DNA of 58,104 bases, filler included, from Limisphaerales bacterium (GTDB lineage Bacteria > Verrucomicrobiota > Verrucomicrobiia > Limisphaerales > SIBE01): assembly GCA_044225505.1 (NCBI GenBank). It is 4 parts of 4 records of this genome, joined end to end, with 100 filler letters (N's around TTAATTAATTAA, not from the genome) between each part and the next. Parts side by side here need not be neighbours in the genome. Positions count along the whole stretch, not along the records: positions 1 to 14,750 come from JBGAIN010000193.1; 3 more parts are not named here. One strand, written 5' to 3'. Position 1 is the first letter of the stretch. Each line of letters opens with the position of its first letter. Under the pieces are notes generated by a model. That model worked only from the letters and a program-made list of their open reading frames with translations. It was not told the DNA's origin and searched no databases. This document shows positions 1 to 10,023 of this stretch, in pieces. Position numbers and translations under genes: made by a program.

Positions 1-5
1 GGATC

Positions 6-3000
6 GTGGTGCAACCGAAAGGCACTAAGATTGGATTCGAAAAATTACCCTCGGAGCGGACTGGGATTCGCTTTACAAACCGGCTGGCTCAAACCAGGGC
101 AATTCTAAATCGCACGCTCTTAAATGGTTCGGGAGTAGCGGCGGGAGACGTGGACGGAGACGGGCGGTGCGATCTCTACTTCTGTGGGTTGGATACGGAC
201 AACGCGCTTTACCGCAACCTGGGGAATTGGCGCTTCCAGGACATTACCTCCACTGCCGGGGTCGCGTGCAGTCGTCAAGATTCCACCGGAGCTGTTTTTG
301 CGGACGTGGATGGAGATGGAGATTTGGATTTGCTGGTCACAGGTTCAGGGCACGGAGTGAGGCTTTTTCAAAACGACGGACAGGGGAAGTTCATCGAGAC
401 CACGGGATCGGCGGGTCTTGCCTCGAAAGCAGCCAGTATGTCGATGGCCTTGGCCGACATTGACGGAGACGGGGATCTGGATCTCTACGTGGCGAACTAC
501 CGGACGAGTACGATTGCGGATCAACCGGCCATCACGTTCGGAGTCGAGGTGATCCAGGGAAAGCCAACTGTCGTGCGAGTGAATGGACAACCCGCGACAT
601 CACCTGAATGGACGAATCGATTTGTCGTTTCGCCGTCAGGGGAAGTGCTCGAATGGGGTGAACCGGACGTTCTCTATCTCAATGATGGCAAAGGCAAGTT
701 TTCGCCCGTGTCCTGGACGGGCGGTGCTTTTCTCGACGAGGACGGTCAGCCGATCTCGGCTCCTCCCCGCGATTGGGGGTTGACGGTGCAAATGCGCGAC
801 TTCACCGGCGACGGAGCGCCAGACATTTATGTCTGCAATGATTTTTTCACCCCGGACAGAATCTGGGTGAATAATGGCCAGGGTCACTTCCAAGCGATCG
901 CGCGCACGGCGATTCGGACCACCTCCGTGTTCTCGATGGGGGTTGATTTTGCCGATATCGATCGCGACGGGCACGTGGATATCTTTGTCGCGGACATGCT
1001 CAGCCCAGACCCTCAGAAGCGGCATGTGCAACTCGGCGGCCGGTCCAATCCCCGGACGCCAGTGGGATTGGTGGAGAATCGACCCCAGATCAGCCGGAAT
1101 ACTCTCCAGTACAACCGAGGCGATGGAACCTTCGCGGAGATTGCCTACTACGCGGGGGTGGAAGCTTCCGATTGGACCTGGAGTCCGTTGTTCCTGGATG
1201 TCGATCTGGATGGTTACGAAGACATCTTAATCAGCAATGGAGTCCTGCGTGATTTCCAGAACATGGACCGGACTGAAGACGTCGAAAGAGCGCGGGCGGG
1301 CAAAAGATTGTCTCAAGCGGAAATTCTCCAATTTATGAGTCGATTCCCAACTCTAGAGACGCCCAATATCGTTTTCCGCAACAACCGGGACGGCACGTTT
1401 GAGGATAAAGCGGCGGAATGGGGCTTTGCGACCCGCAATGTTTCGCAAGGCATGGCGCTCGCGGATCTGGACAACGACGGAGATTTGGACGTTGCGGTCA
1501 ATTGTCTGATGGACGGGGCGGGGATTTATGAAAACGCCAGTCCAGCGCCGCGCGTCGCGATTCGTTTACGTGGTCAAGCCCCGAACACCCAGGGCACTGG
1601 GGCTCGTCTCCGAGTGCTGGGCGGGCCGGCGCCTCAAAGCCAAGAAATCATCAACGGTGGGTCTTACCTTTCCGGGAGCGACGCGGTGCGAGTATTTGCC
1701 GCGGGCGCCACCACGAATCGTCTCGAGGTCGAAGTCGATTGGCGGAGCGGCCGTCGGAGCAGCCTCTGGGCGTCGCCGAATACCATCTGCGAAATCACCG
1801 AACCGCAGACTCCGCCTGAGACTCGCCGTGCTGAACCTGTGAAGGCCACCTGCTTTGAAGAAATACCAAACGCGGTTTTCGGAGAGCACCATGAGAACGC
1901 GTTTGACGACTTTATTCGGCAACCGCTCTTACTCCGATCGTTGAGTCAACTGGGCCCAGGGGTCGCTTGGCACGACCTCGACGGAGATGGACGGGAAGAC
2001 CTAATCATCGGAAGCGGGAAAGGCGGCCGTCTGACCGCCTGCTTAAACAAGGGGACGGGCTTTGTGGCGGCGACAAACGCAATCTTTAACCGCGTCATCC
2101 AACGCGACCAGACCACCGTCCTCGGCTCCGGAACCACCCTGCTGGTCGGCTCTGCGAATTACGAAGACGGGAGTACCAATGGCGGATTAGTGCGCATCTA
2201 CGACTTGCAGAGGAACGCGTCGGGCGAAAGTCTTTTGGGGTATCCATTCAGCGGCGGGCCCATGGCCTTGGCAGACATCGATGGCGACGGAGATTTGGAT
2301 CTGTTCGTGGGCGGACGCGTCGTTCCCGGACGATATCCGGAACCTGCGGACTCCATTCTGTTCGTCAATGACGGGGGACGATTGGTCCAGGCGCAACGCT
2401 GGAGTAAACTTGGACTGGTGAGCGGGGCAGTCTTCTCGGACCTGGATCAAGACGGGATTCCCGAGCTCCTCTTGGCCACAGAATGGGGCCCCATCCGTGT
2501 GTTTCAACGCCGAGCGGGAGAATTCCAGGAACGAACCCGAGAATGGGGCCTCGCGGAGGAAACCGGATGGTGGGCTGGCGTTGCTACGGGAGACTTCGAC
2601 GGAGATGGGCGCCCCGAGATTGTGGCCTCCAATTGGGGGCTGAACACGGCCTATCGAGCCACTCCCGAGCGACCGCGCAAAGTCTATTTCGGAGACTTGG
2701 ATGGCAACGGCACGTTGGATCTGATCGAGGCGCGGATGGACCCCTCCGTCGGGAAAGAGCTCCCGGAGCGAACCTTACTCGTGGCTCGGGCTGCCCTGCC
2801 CTTCCTTCAAGAGCGGGTGGCGAGTTTCGAGGCTTACGGGCGATCGAGCGTGCAGGAGATCTACGGGCCGGCGCTCAACCCAGCGCAACATCTCGAAGTG
2901 AAAACCCTCCAGTCCGCCAAATTCACCATGCTTGAGGGAAAGTTTCACCGAGTTCCATTGCCAAGGCAGGCTCAACTCGCACCGGCCTACGGTGTTTGTG

Positions 3001-3563
3001 TCGGAGATCTGGATGGAGACGGCGCTGAGGATCTTTTCCTCAGTCAGAACTGCTTTGCACTCGCACCTGGGGAATCGCGTGCGGACGCCGGCCGAGGGCT
3101 CTGGTTGAGAGGAAACGGACGCGGGGATTTTAGCGCTGTTCCAAGTCAAGAGAGTGGCATTGCCGTCTACGGAGAGGGCCGGGGATGCGCTCTGTGCGAT
3201 TACGACCAGGACGGACGGATGGACTTGGCCGTCGCCCAAAACGGTAATCGAACGAAGGTGTTTCACAATCGAAACGCACGACCCGGGTTGCGTGTGCGTC
3301 TGTCCGCCGGCGCCGGGAATCCAACCGCGATCGGTGCCACGGTCCGCCTGGCTTACGGCGATCGGATGGGACCGGCCCATGAGATTCAAGCAGGATCCGG
3401 GTATTGGTCACAAAACAGCACGGTCGTCGTCTTAGGTGCAACGGAGTCCGCCACTGGAATTTGGGTCCGCTGGCCGGGAGGAGCCACGACGGTCTCCCCA
3501 TTGCCAGCGGCTGCGGCCGACGTGCGTATCATCGCCGGCGGATCCCTCCAAGTCATGCGATGA
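6..3563 (+). CDS. CRTAC1-like FG-GAP/VCBS repeat protein with two ASPIC/UnbV domains (probably 5' truncated by the window edge)
   Basis: Many DxDGDGDLD repeats; two ASPIC/UnbV-like segments (GARLRV...GGSYLSGS...VDWRSG and GATVRL...GSGYWSQ...VRWPGG); no signal peptide visible and frame open to the window start. Confidence 0.85.
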   Translation: MVQPKGTKIGFEKLPSERTGIRFTNRLAQTRAILNRTLLNGSGVAAGDVDGDGRCDLYFCGLDTDNALYRNLGNWRFQDITSTAGVACSRQDSTGAVFADVDGDGDLDLLVTGSGHGVRLFQNDGQGKFIETTGSAGLASKAASMSMALADIDGDGDLDLYVANYRTSTIADQPAITFGVEVIQGKPTVVRVNGQPATSPEWTNRFVVSPSGEVLEWGEPDVLYLNDGKGKFSPVSWTGGAFLDEDGQPISAPPRDWGLTVQMRDFTGDGAPDIYVCNDFFTPDRIWVNNGQGHFQAIARTAIRTTSVFSMGVDFADIDRDGHVDIFVADMLSPDPQKRHVQLGGRSNPRTPVGLVENRPQISRNTLQYNRGDGTFAEIAYYAGVEASDWTWSPLFLDVDLDGYEDILISNGVLRDFQNMDRTEDVERARAGKRLSQAEILQFMSRFPTLETPNIVFRNNRDGTFEDKAAEWGFATRNVSQGMALADLDNDGDLDVAVNCLMDGAGIYENASPAPRVAIRLRGQAPNTQGTGARLRVLGGPAPQSQEIINGGSYLSGSDAVRVFAAGATTNRLEVEVDWRSGRRSSLWASPNTICEITEPQTPPETRRAEPVKATCFEEIPNAVFGEHHENAFDDFIRQPLLLRSLSQLGPGVAWHDLDGDGREDLIIGSGKGGRLTACLNKGTGFVAATNAIFNRVIQRDQTTVLGSGTTLLVGSANYEDGSTNGGLVRIYDLQRNASGESLLGYPFSGGPMALADIDGDGDLDLFVGGRVVPGRYPEPADSILFVNDGGRLVQAQRWSKLGLVSGAVFSDLDQDGIPELLLATEWGPIRVFQRRAGEFQERTREWGLAEETGWWAGVATGDFDGDGRPEIVASNWGLNTAYRATPERPRKVYFGDLDGNGTLDLIEARMDPSVGKELPERTLLVARAALPFLQERVASFEAYGRSSVQEIYGPALNPAQHLEVKTLQSAKFTMLEGKFHRVPLPRQAQLAPAYGVCVGDLDGDGAEDLFLSQNCFALAPGESRADAGRGLWLRGNGRGDFSAVPSQESGIAVYGEGRGCALCDYDQDGRMDLAVAQNGNRTKVFHNRNARPGLRVRLSAGAGNPTAIGATVRLAYGDRMGPAHEIQAGSGYWSQNSTVVVLGATESATGIWVRWPGGATTVSPLPAAAADVRIIAGGSLQVMR

Positions 3564-5239
3564 GCCCTCGATACCAGCAGGATTCTCTGCCTTCACGGAC
3601 GAAGAAGCCGTGGACAAGCGGGAGCTACTCGCTCAGAGCGGTCTTGACCAAAGCGCCATCCTCGAGGAGGCGGGGCAAGTGCCATCGACGGCTGCGACAA
3701 CTGGTCTGTCTGCTCATGATGGGGATTTGTGCGATTCCTTCACACCCGGTCTTTGCACAAACATTCGATCCGGACGAAGAGCTTGAATGGCGAAGCTTAT
3801 CCGACGAGCAGCTTGTCCAGAGAGCCTGCGCCCTTTGTCACCTCTATCCGGCCCCTGCCCTGTTGACTCGTCAAAATTGGAAGGACGAAATCCTGCCGCG
3901 CATGAGCGTGGAGTTGGGCGTGTACCCTCCCGACTATCGCACGACCTCGGAGGCGGACCTGCTGCGCGCACGCCGAATCTATCCTGAGATTCCGCGGATT
4001 CCGAAAGAACTCTGGCCGAGGATTGAATCGTACTACCTGACGAACGCGCCTCAAACGCCGTTGCCTCAGATTGCCCACCCCGAGATTACCCTCGATCTCA
4101 AGCAATTCCAGGTTCAACCGCCACGCTTCTTCCAACGACCGGCCACGACCACCCTGGTCAAGATCAGCCCGGCAACCCACCGCATCTTTGTGGGGGATGA
4201 TCGTGCCCAGAGTTTGTTTCTTTTGGATTCCAACGGCGCCCTGATGGACACGGTGCGATTGGGGAACGTGCCCGTGGATATCCACGAGACGGCCAGCGGT
4301 ATTTATGTTGTATGCGTCGGGAGTTTCATTCCATCGGAGCGATACACCGCAGAACTTAAATTCGTGGAGAGAACCGGAGATAAGTTCGGCCCGGTGCGCA
4401 CGCTCCTAAAGGAGCTCCCCAGATCCGTCCAAGCCGACTTTGCAGACCTGAACGGAGACGGCCGGGAAGATTTCACGCTCTGCATGTATGGGAATCGCAC
4501 AGGTCGCTTTTCCTGGTTTGAGAACCTCGGAAACGATCAACTCGTGGAGCATCTTCTCCTGGACCATTCCGGCTCGATGTTCTGCCACATCCGCGATTTT
4601 AACGGAGATGGTAAACCAGATCTCGCGGTGCTCCTGGCGCAGGAATTGGAGATGTTGACCCTCTACATGAACGATGGGCATGGCGACTTCTCGGCTCAGA
4701 TCGTCTATCAAAAGCCGCCTGTGTTTGGACATTCGTGGTTTGAGCCGGTCGACTTTAACAACGACGGGCGGCTCGATTTTCTCCTCACCAACGGCGACAA
4801 TGGCGAGTACGAAAGTCCCACGAAAAACTATCATGGCATCCGCATCGTACAGAACGAGGGCGGACAGAATTACCGCGAGGTCTATTTCTATCCTCTGAAT
4901 GGAGCGTACAAAGCCTTGGCTCGAGATTTCGACGGTGATGGCGACTTGGATATCGCAGCCATTTCGTATTTCCCCGATTACCGGAAGAGCCCGCGCGAGA
5001 GCTTTGTTTATTTGCGCAATGACGGAAATATGAAGTTCACGGCCGCCAGTTTCCCGCAGTGCATTGTCGGTCGCTGGCTTGTCATGGATGCCGCGGATCT
5101 GGATGCTGACGGCGACATCGACATCGTCATGGGCTCGCACACCCAAGGGCCAAAATCTGTCCCGAGGTTCCTGGCGGACCAGTGGAATAAACAGCCCATT
5201 CCTGCGTTGATTCTGCGCAACGTGTTGAAAGCTCCGTAA
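3560..5239 (+). CDS. FG-GAP/VCBS repeat protein with N-terminal c-type heme motif (CALCH)
   Basis: ATG overlaps upstream stop (ATGA 3560-3563; alternative start near 3716); signal-like LVCLLMMGICAIPSHPVFA; CALCH; DLNGDG/DFNGDG/DFDGDGDLD repeats. Confidence 0.8.
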   Translation: MSPRYQQDSLPSRTKKPWTSGSYSLRAVLTKAPSSRRRGKCHRRLRQLVCLLMMGICAIPSHPVFAQTFDPDEELEWRSLSDEQLVQRACALCHLYPAPALLTRQNWKDEILPRMSVELGVYPPDYRTTSEADLLRARRIYPEIPRIPKELWPRIESYYLTNAPQTPLPQIAHPEITLDLKQFQVQPPRFFQRPATTTLVKISPATHRIFVGDDRAQSLFLLDSNGALMDTVRLGNVPVDIHETASGIYVVCVGSFIPSERYTAELKFVERTGDKFGPVRTLLKELPRSVQADFADLNGDGREDFTLCMYGNRTGRFSWFENLGNDQLVEHLLLDHSGSMFCHIRDFNGDGKPDLAVLLAQELEMLTLYMNDGHGDFSAQIVYQKPPVFGHSWFEPVDFNNDGRLDFLLTNGDNGEYESPTKNYHGIRIVQNEGGQNYREVYFYPLNGAYKALARDFDGDGDLDIAAISYFPDYRKSPRESFVYLRNDGNMKFTAASFPQCIVGRWLVMDAADLDADGDIDIVMGSHTQGPKSVPRFLADQWNKQPIPALILRNVLKAP

Positions 5240-5347
5240 CCCACGCAGGCCGCGAGACTTGATGATCGTCATTCGGGTCTCGGAAATCCCCCACACGCGC
5301 GGTCGTTGCATTGGCTCTGCGCTCAGCCTTGAACCAAGGACCGGACT

Positions 5348-5382
5348 AAAGAAAGAGGGCCAGGAATCGCTTCCTGGCCCTC
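5348..5382 (-). terminator. Rho-independent terminator for the minus-strand surface protein gene
   Basis: Perfect 12-bp stem GAGGGCCAGGAA-tcgc-TTCCTGGCCCTC (5355-5382), followed on the minus strand by TTTCTTT, about 24 bp after the stop at 5406. Confidence 0.8.
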
Positions 5383-5405
5383 GCGCGTAGATCTATTCCT
5401 AACCT

Positions 5406-8375
5406 CTATTTGAGGCGGTAGAACTTCTTAGCACCGGTCATCGGGACTGTGGCCGGACTGCTAGCGCCCGTTACCGCCGTCCAAGGACCTGTAACGCTGT
5501 CAGCAGATTCCAGGTTGCCACTGCTCCAGGCGATTACGAGGTTTGTGCCGGAAACCTTCACGCTCGAGAAAGCGGCCGTCGATCCACCGCTCGTCGGAAT
5601 GAAGAGCAGGTAATCAGCGTCGCCACTGTTGTAGGTCCAACGAATCGTCTTCTGACCGCTTACGGTCACCGTCTTGGGGTTGCCAGCGCCGTCGGTCAAC
5701 CGCACGAGGTTGTTGCGACTCCAGGCGCCTGTCCCCGGGGCATCAAAGTTGCCGATCGGTTCCACTGTCTGGGTCGCTGTGTTCACTGCGCTCGTCACAA
5801 ACCCGAGGCTGCCGTTGAGCTGAGAGGCCGAGACGCCGTCGTAGGAACCGGCGGCGAAAACATCGTACGTGCCCTCAGGGAACGTGCGAGTGTAATTGCC
5901 CCAGTCGCCAGACGAAATCCAACCAATCTTGTAGTTCTGAGTCATCTCCCACGCACCAGCGCGAGTTTTGCCCCATTGACCATCAAGATTGCCGGCCATT
6001 TCTGCTTGCGTGCCGCTCGTGATGATATCGCCCGTCCGATAGACCGGGTTCCAACCATCCGCAGAAGTCGCCGTGCCGAGGTTGTGATAGTCGATATCCA
6101 TGACCGCGTTCAGGCCATTGTAGGCATCGCCCAGATAGGGCATAACGCTCGCTTCGGGCTTCGTTTTGCCACCTTCATAGTTTAAGTCTTCCGCTTCGAT
6201 CGTGAAGGCGCTCGGGAAGGTCACGAGCACAACGGTCGGTGTGTCCCCCTGCCCGCTCGTCACAGAACCGTTCGGATTGCTTACTTTGACCCAGTACTGT
6301 CCGATGTCCTTCACGCCGGCATTCGAGATGACGTAGTCCTTACTGGTCGCTCCCGGGATGTCTCGTCCGTTGAGCTGCCATTGATACGTCAGGGTCGCCG
6401 CACCGGGGTTAGTTGCCACGCACGAGAGCGTTCCTGTGCCACCGGAAGCCAGCGTCAGGCTCGCGACCGGGTCGGTCACAATGACTGGAGGTAAGGTATC
6501 AACGGATTCATACCAACTGATGACATCGCCCTTCATAGCCATGCCGTCAACGTTGTTACTCGGATCGGCATCTCCCGCCTTGATAAACGTCACGTCCGAA
6601 CCATCGCCGCCACCGCCTTCATTATGGAGGATTTCCATGTAGTATTTCTTGCCGGCGGTCAGATTGATTGGGCCACCCCACTCACTATTGATATTGAGGT
6701 CGGAGCGCTTGTCGTCCGCTGGACCCGAACCAGGTGCTGTCCACTGATACTGATTGCTCCAGCCATTCTCCTGGCAGATCAGCTTCTTATTTGCAGGAGT
6801 CTCATCTGTGCTCAGATAAACGTTTGAATAATCGTCTGAGGAGACAAAGAAGATGTAAGTCCCTGTCGTTGGTGGGCTGAAGAACGTGCGCACGCGGGCG
6901 TTGTAATTGTCGGCCGCGCCCCAAGGCCCACCGAACTGATTAACCACCGCGCTGACGTCAGGAGCTCGCACTCCACCCGCAGCGAGGGCTTCGATGAATG
7001 CCGTCAGATCTCCCAAATCGCCGGTCGCGTCCATCCAACGCTCATACATCGCGTAGCCTTTGAGAAGTGATACCGACGTAAAGCTCGCCTTCGTGCCAGC
7101 GGCAACGGTATTTCCCGCCGTATCCTTGATGTTAGTGACCGTGAGGGTGTAGGGCGTCGTTAACGTCTGCTGAGCCGTAGTCACAGTCGCGAGGTACCCG
7201 TCGTCCGAGAGACTGACCGCGGTCACCGCAACACTCGGCGCCAGTTGATAATTTGCTGCCACTGCAGCGGTCGCAGCCGTGACCGGTTCCGAGAAGGTCA
7301 CTTGCAGCGTGGTTTGACCGACCGGCTTCACTTTCGCGATGGTCGGCGCGGTGTTGTCCACCGTGACGGAAACAACGCTTTCGGCCGTGATGACTTCCTT
7401 ACCAGCGCCATAAACGCGGCAGGAATACTTTCCAGAGTCGCTCACCTTGGAGAGGTTCACCGTGTAGGTAGCTCCGAGACCGTTCGTGGTGATAGCGACA
7501 CCGTCTTTGCGCCATTGATAATGGACCGGGTCTCCGGAAGCTTCCACGCTAAGGGTCAACTTGCTGTTGGCAGCAATGCTGACGGTCGCTTGGGGTTGCT
7601 TAACGATGGAGATAGGAACAGGTGTGTAGGCACCGAAGTTGCTAATCGTCGCCGTCGACACATCGCCGTCATTATGCGCCGTGACCGCGATTCCAAGGAA
7701 AATGCTGCTCGGCCAAGCTTCGGTAAAGAAGGCCGTATCTGCGTTATCCGCACCGGGCGGCCAGGAACCTGCCGTATCCCAACCCTGTGGGGAATACGGA
7801 TTGTACATCGACCAGGCTTTCCCGTCGTTGCTCCAATACATATAGAACACGCTGCCCACTCGTTCCAAACGCACCCAGTTGTCCGGGATATTTGGAGTAA
7901 TTACTGGGTTAGGCGTGGTCCAACTGGAAGCCCCATCGCGATTCGAGCGCCATTGCGGCCCGCGATAATTCACCCCAGCCGGTGCGCTGTTTGCCGTGTC
8001 GGATGAGGGTCGCGTCGTCATGTTGGAGAGGTGCGGATCCCCTGGCTGCGGACCTGCACCGGGCGACGCTGGATCTTCAGGCCGCGCCATTAACTCTACT
8101 TTCGACCAACCGCCATCACCGGAGTTACCGACTAGACTATCGACCTTCATCGCATAGTCAAAGTCGCCGGTGACCTTGAAATACGCATAATGGAAGCTGT
8201 CTGAACTATTCCAGATATCTCCGCCGCCGCCGACAACGGTGATCTTACCGTCCGCAGCAACTTTCGTAGAACCTGATTGGAGGGCGCCGACATCCAACGG
8301 CGTAAGGGTGGGTGCGGCGAGACCGGCACTCACTGTGCTTAAGGCTGCGGCGAAAAGCAGTAGCCTCTTTTTCAT
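5406..8375 (-). CDS. Large secreted/surface protein with Ig-like domains, PA14-like domain and verrucomicrobial-type C-terminal domain
   Basis: Signal peptide MKKRLLLFAAALSTVSAGLA from ATG 8375; YQWRKDG and YQWQLNG Ig motifs; FFVSSDD...YYMEILHNEGGGGD PA14-like; ends LESADSVTGPW...KKFYRLK. Confidence 0.8.
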   Translation of the reverse strand: MKKRLLLFAAALSTVSAGLAAPTLTPLDVGALQSGSTKVAADGKITVVGGGGDIWNSSDSFHYAYFKVTGDFDYAMKVDSLVGNSGDGGWSKVELMARPEDPASPGAGPQPGDPHLSNMTTRPSSDTANSAPAGVNYRGPQWRSNRDGASSWTTPNPVITPNIPDNWVRLERVGSVFYMYWSNDGKAWSMYNPYSPQGWDTAGSWPPGADNADTAFFTEAWPSSIFLGIAVTAHNDGDVSTATISNFGAYTPVPISIVKQPQATVSIAANSKLTLSVEASGDPVHYQWRKDGVAITTNGLGATYTVNLSKVSDSGKYSCRVYGAGKEVITAESVVSVTVDNTAPTIAKVKPVGQTTLQVTFSEPVTAATAAVAANYQLAPSVAVTAVSLSDDGYLATVTTAQQTLTTPYTLTVTNIKDTAGNTVAAGTKASFTSVSLLKGYAMYERWMDATGDLGDLTAFIEALAAGGVRAPDVSAVVNQFGGPWGAADNYNARVRTFFSPPTTGTYIFFVSSDDYSNVYLSTDETPANKKLICQENGWSNQYQWTAPGSGPADDKRSDLNINSEWGGPINLTAGKKYYMEILHNEGGGGDGSDVTFIKAGDADPSNNVDGMAMKGDVISWYESVDTLPPVIVTDPVASLTLASGGTGTLSCVATNPGAATLTYQWQLNGRDIPGATSKDYVISNAGVKDIGQYWVKVSNPNGSVTSGQGDTPTVVLVTFPSAFTIEAEDLNYEGGKTKPEASVMPYLGDAYNGLNAVMDIDYHNLGTATSADGWNPVYRTGDIITSGTQAEMAGNLDGQWGKTRAGAWEMTQNYKIGWISSGDWGNYTRTFPEGTYDVFAAGSYDGVSASQLNGSLGFVTSAVNTATQTVEPIGNFDAPGTGAWSRNNLVRLTDGAGNPKTVTVSGQKTIRWTYNSGDADYLLFIPTSGGSTAAFSSVKVSGTNLVIAWSSGNLESADSVTGPWTAVTGASSPATVPMTGAKKFYRLK

Positions 8376-8654
8376 CGACGGAGCGAATTGCTTCGCTTGC
8401 GAGTTGACCTGGGGTTTATGAGGTGAGTAGTTACGCATACATCATTCGACACGCAAATGCCACATAGAGGAGCAGAAAGGAAATCTGCTACGCCTGCTAG
8501 GTGGACATGAAAAGTAAGCCATGTTTCGCAGTTCAGCGGCAAGTAAATTACCTAACAAAAGCTCACCGTTCTATGAGTTCGATTTAGCAATAAACGACGA
8601 GTTACAGAGGAGTCTCGACACTCAAGACCTTTTCCGTCAAACTTACTGACGCCA

Positions 8655-10013
8655 ATGTCGCGTGCGCCGTCAATCCCAGGCACCCGGATTTCGCATCCTC
8701 TTGGTTTGTTCGTTTTAGTCCTTGGGTCCTCGTGGATTGCATTTGGTGGGACTCTTCTCGTGCCGCCGGTTTCGGCCGAGACCGCCGATCTCTCAGCTCG
8801 CCAATTTCCGGATTTTCTGCCGGATAATTCTCGAGCCTACCTCACGACGGTGTTGGAGAATCTGGAACATCAAAACCCCGGCCAAGCACCGCTTCTCTTT
8901 ATCTCGGCTCGAGTACGAAGCCAGCTCGGACAAAAGCGCGAGGCGGAAGAGTTAGCCTTGCGCGCAACCGCAGCCGACCCAACACGCATCGAAACCAAAT
9001 TGTTCCTCTCGGACCTTTGCATTCTCCAGGAGCGGATGAGCGAGGCGCTGGTGTTCGTCAGGCAAGCGCTGGCGATCCAGCCGGAGGCTGCCGGGGCTCA
9101 GCGTCGTTTAGGAATGATCTTGAGTCGCCTCGGCCAACGCGACGAGGCGGCCTTGGCGCTCCGGCGCGCTGTCCAAGGGGCGCCAACTGACGCCACCGCC
9201 CGACTTCTACTCGGGCGGCTCTTGCTGGAAGCCGACCAAGTGAAGGAGGCGGAGCAGGAGTTGCAGTTGGCTTGCAAGCTGGATCCAAACCAGGCAAACG
9301 CACTCTACTTACTTGCACAAGCGCAAGAGCGATTGGGATTAGCCGAAGCGGCACGACGCACTTTGGATTCCTTTCAAACCCTAAAAGCGGGGGAAAAGCT
9401 CCGATTCGACGCCAAGAATGCCCGGTACGATGACGCGAGATTCATGCGCGATTTGGCCACCCAATTCCACGTGGAAACGGGAGAGTACTATTGCCGGACT
9501 CGCAACGATTCGCTCGCAAGCGCTCACCTTCGTCAGGCGATCCGGCTTCAGCCTTCGCACACGCACGCATGGGAGTTGCTGGGGAGCTTGTTGCTGGCAA
9601 CAAAACAATGGATCGACGCGAAAGAAGCTTGGCGGACGCTTGTCCAATTGGACCCAAAAGACGCCAGGTACCATGCGAATCTCGGGACTTTACTCTTGCA
9701 GACCGGTGACACCGCGGAGGGAAAACGAGAGCTGAGCGAAGCCTTGGCTTTAAACCCGAATGAACCGTCCGCGCTGGATAGCATGGCCCGTTATCTTTTG
9801 CGCAGCGGGGAAGGCCTTTCTGATGCGGTCGCTTACACCGAACGTTTGGTGAAGCGCCACCCTACCGGTGTGAACTATGACTTGCATGGGTGGGCTCTGT
9901 TTGCCAACGGCCGGACGAACGAGGCCTGTGCCGCCGCTGCGGAAGCGGTCACACGGGATCCAACCAACGTTGTCTATCGTGAACGCCTTCGCAAAATACG
10001 CGCCGCGAAATAA
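8655..10013 (+). CDS. Tetratricopeptide repeat protein (exported)
   Basis: Repeated TPR pattern (A...LG..L...G...EA...L..AL.LDP); hydrophobic N-terminus. Confidence 0.85.
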   Translation: MSRAPSIPGTRISHPLGLFVLVLGSSWIAFGGTLLVPPVSAETADLSARQFPDFLPDNSRAYLTTVLENLEHQNPGQAPLLFISARVRSQLGQKREAEELALRATAADPTRIETKLFLSDLCILQERMSEALVFVRQALAIQPEAAGAQRRLGMILSRLGQRDEAALALRRAVQGAPTDATARLLLGRLLLEADQVKEAEQELQLACKLDPNQANALYLLAQAQERLGLAEAARRTLDSFQTLKAGEKLRFDAKNARYDDARFMRDLATQFHVETGEYYCRTRNDSLASAHLRQAIRLQPSHTHAWELLGSLLLATKQWIDAKEAWRTLVQLDPKDARYHANLGTLLLQTGDTAEGKRELSEALALNPNEPSALDSMARYLLRSGEGLSDAVAYTERLVKRHPTGVNYDLHGWALFANGRTNEACAAAAEAVTRDPTNVVYRERLRKIRAAK

Positions 10014-10023
10014 ATGGATTCTC

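Noticed and set aside
4406..5311. Long antisense ORFs (also 12563-13528, 14873-15865, 30801-31544, 31646-32494)
   Set aside because: Shadow frames of well-supported genes in GC-rich DNA
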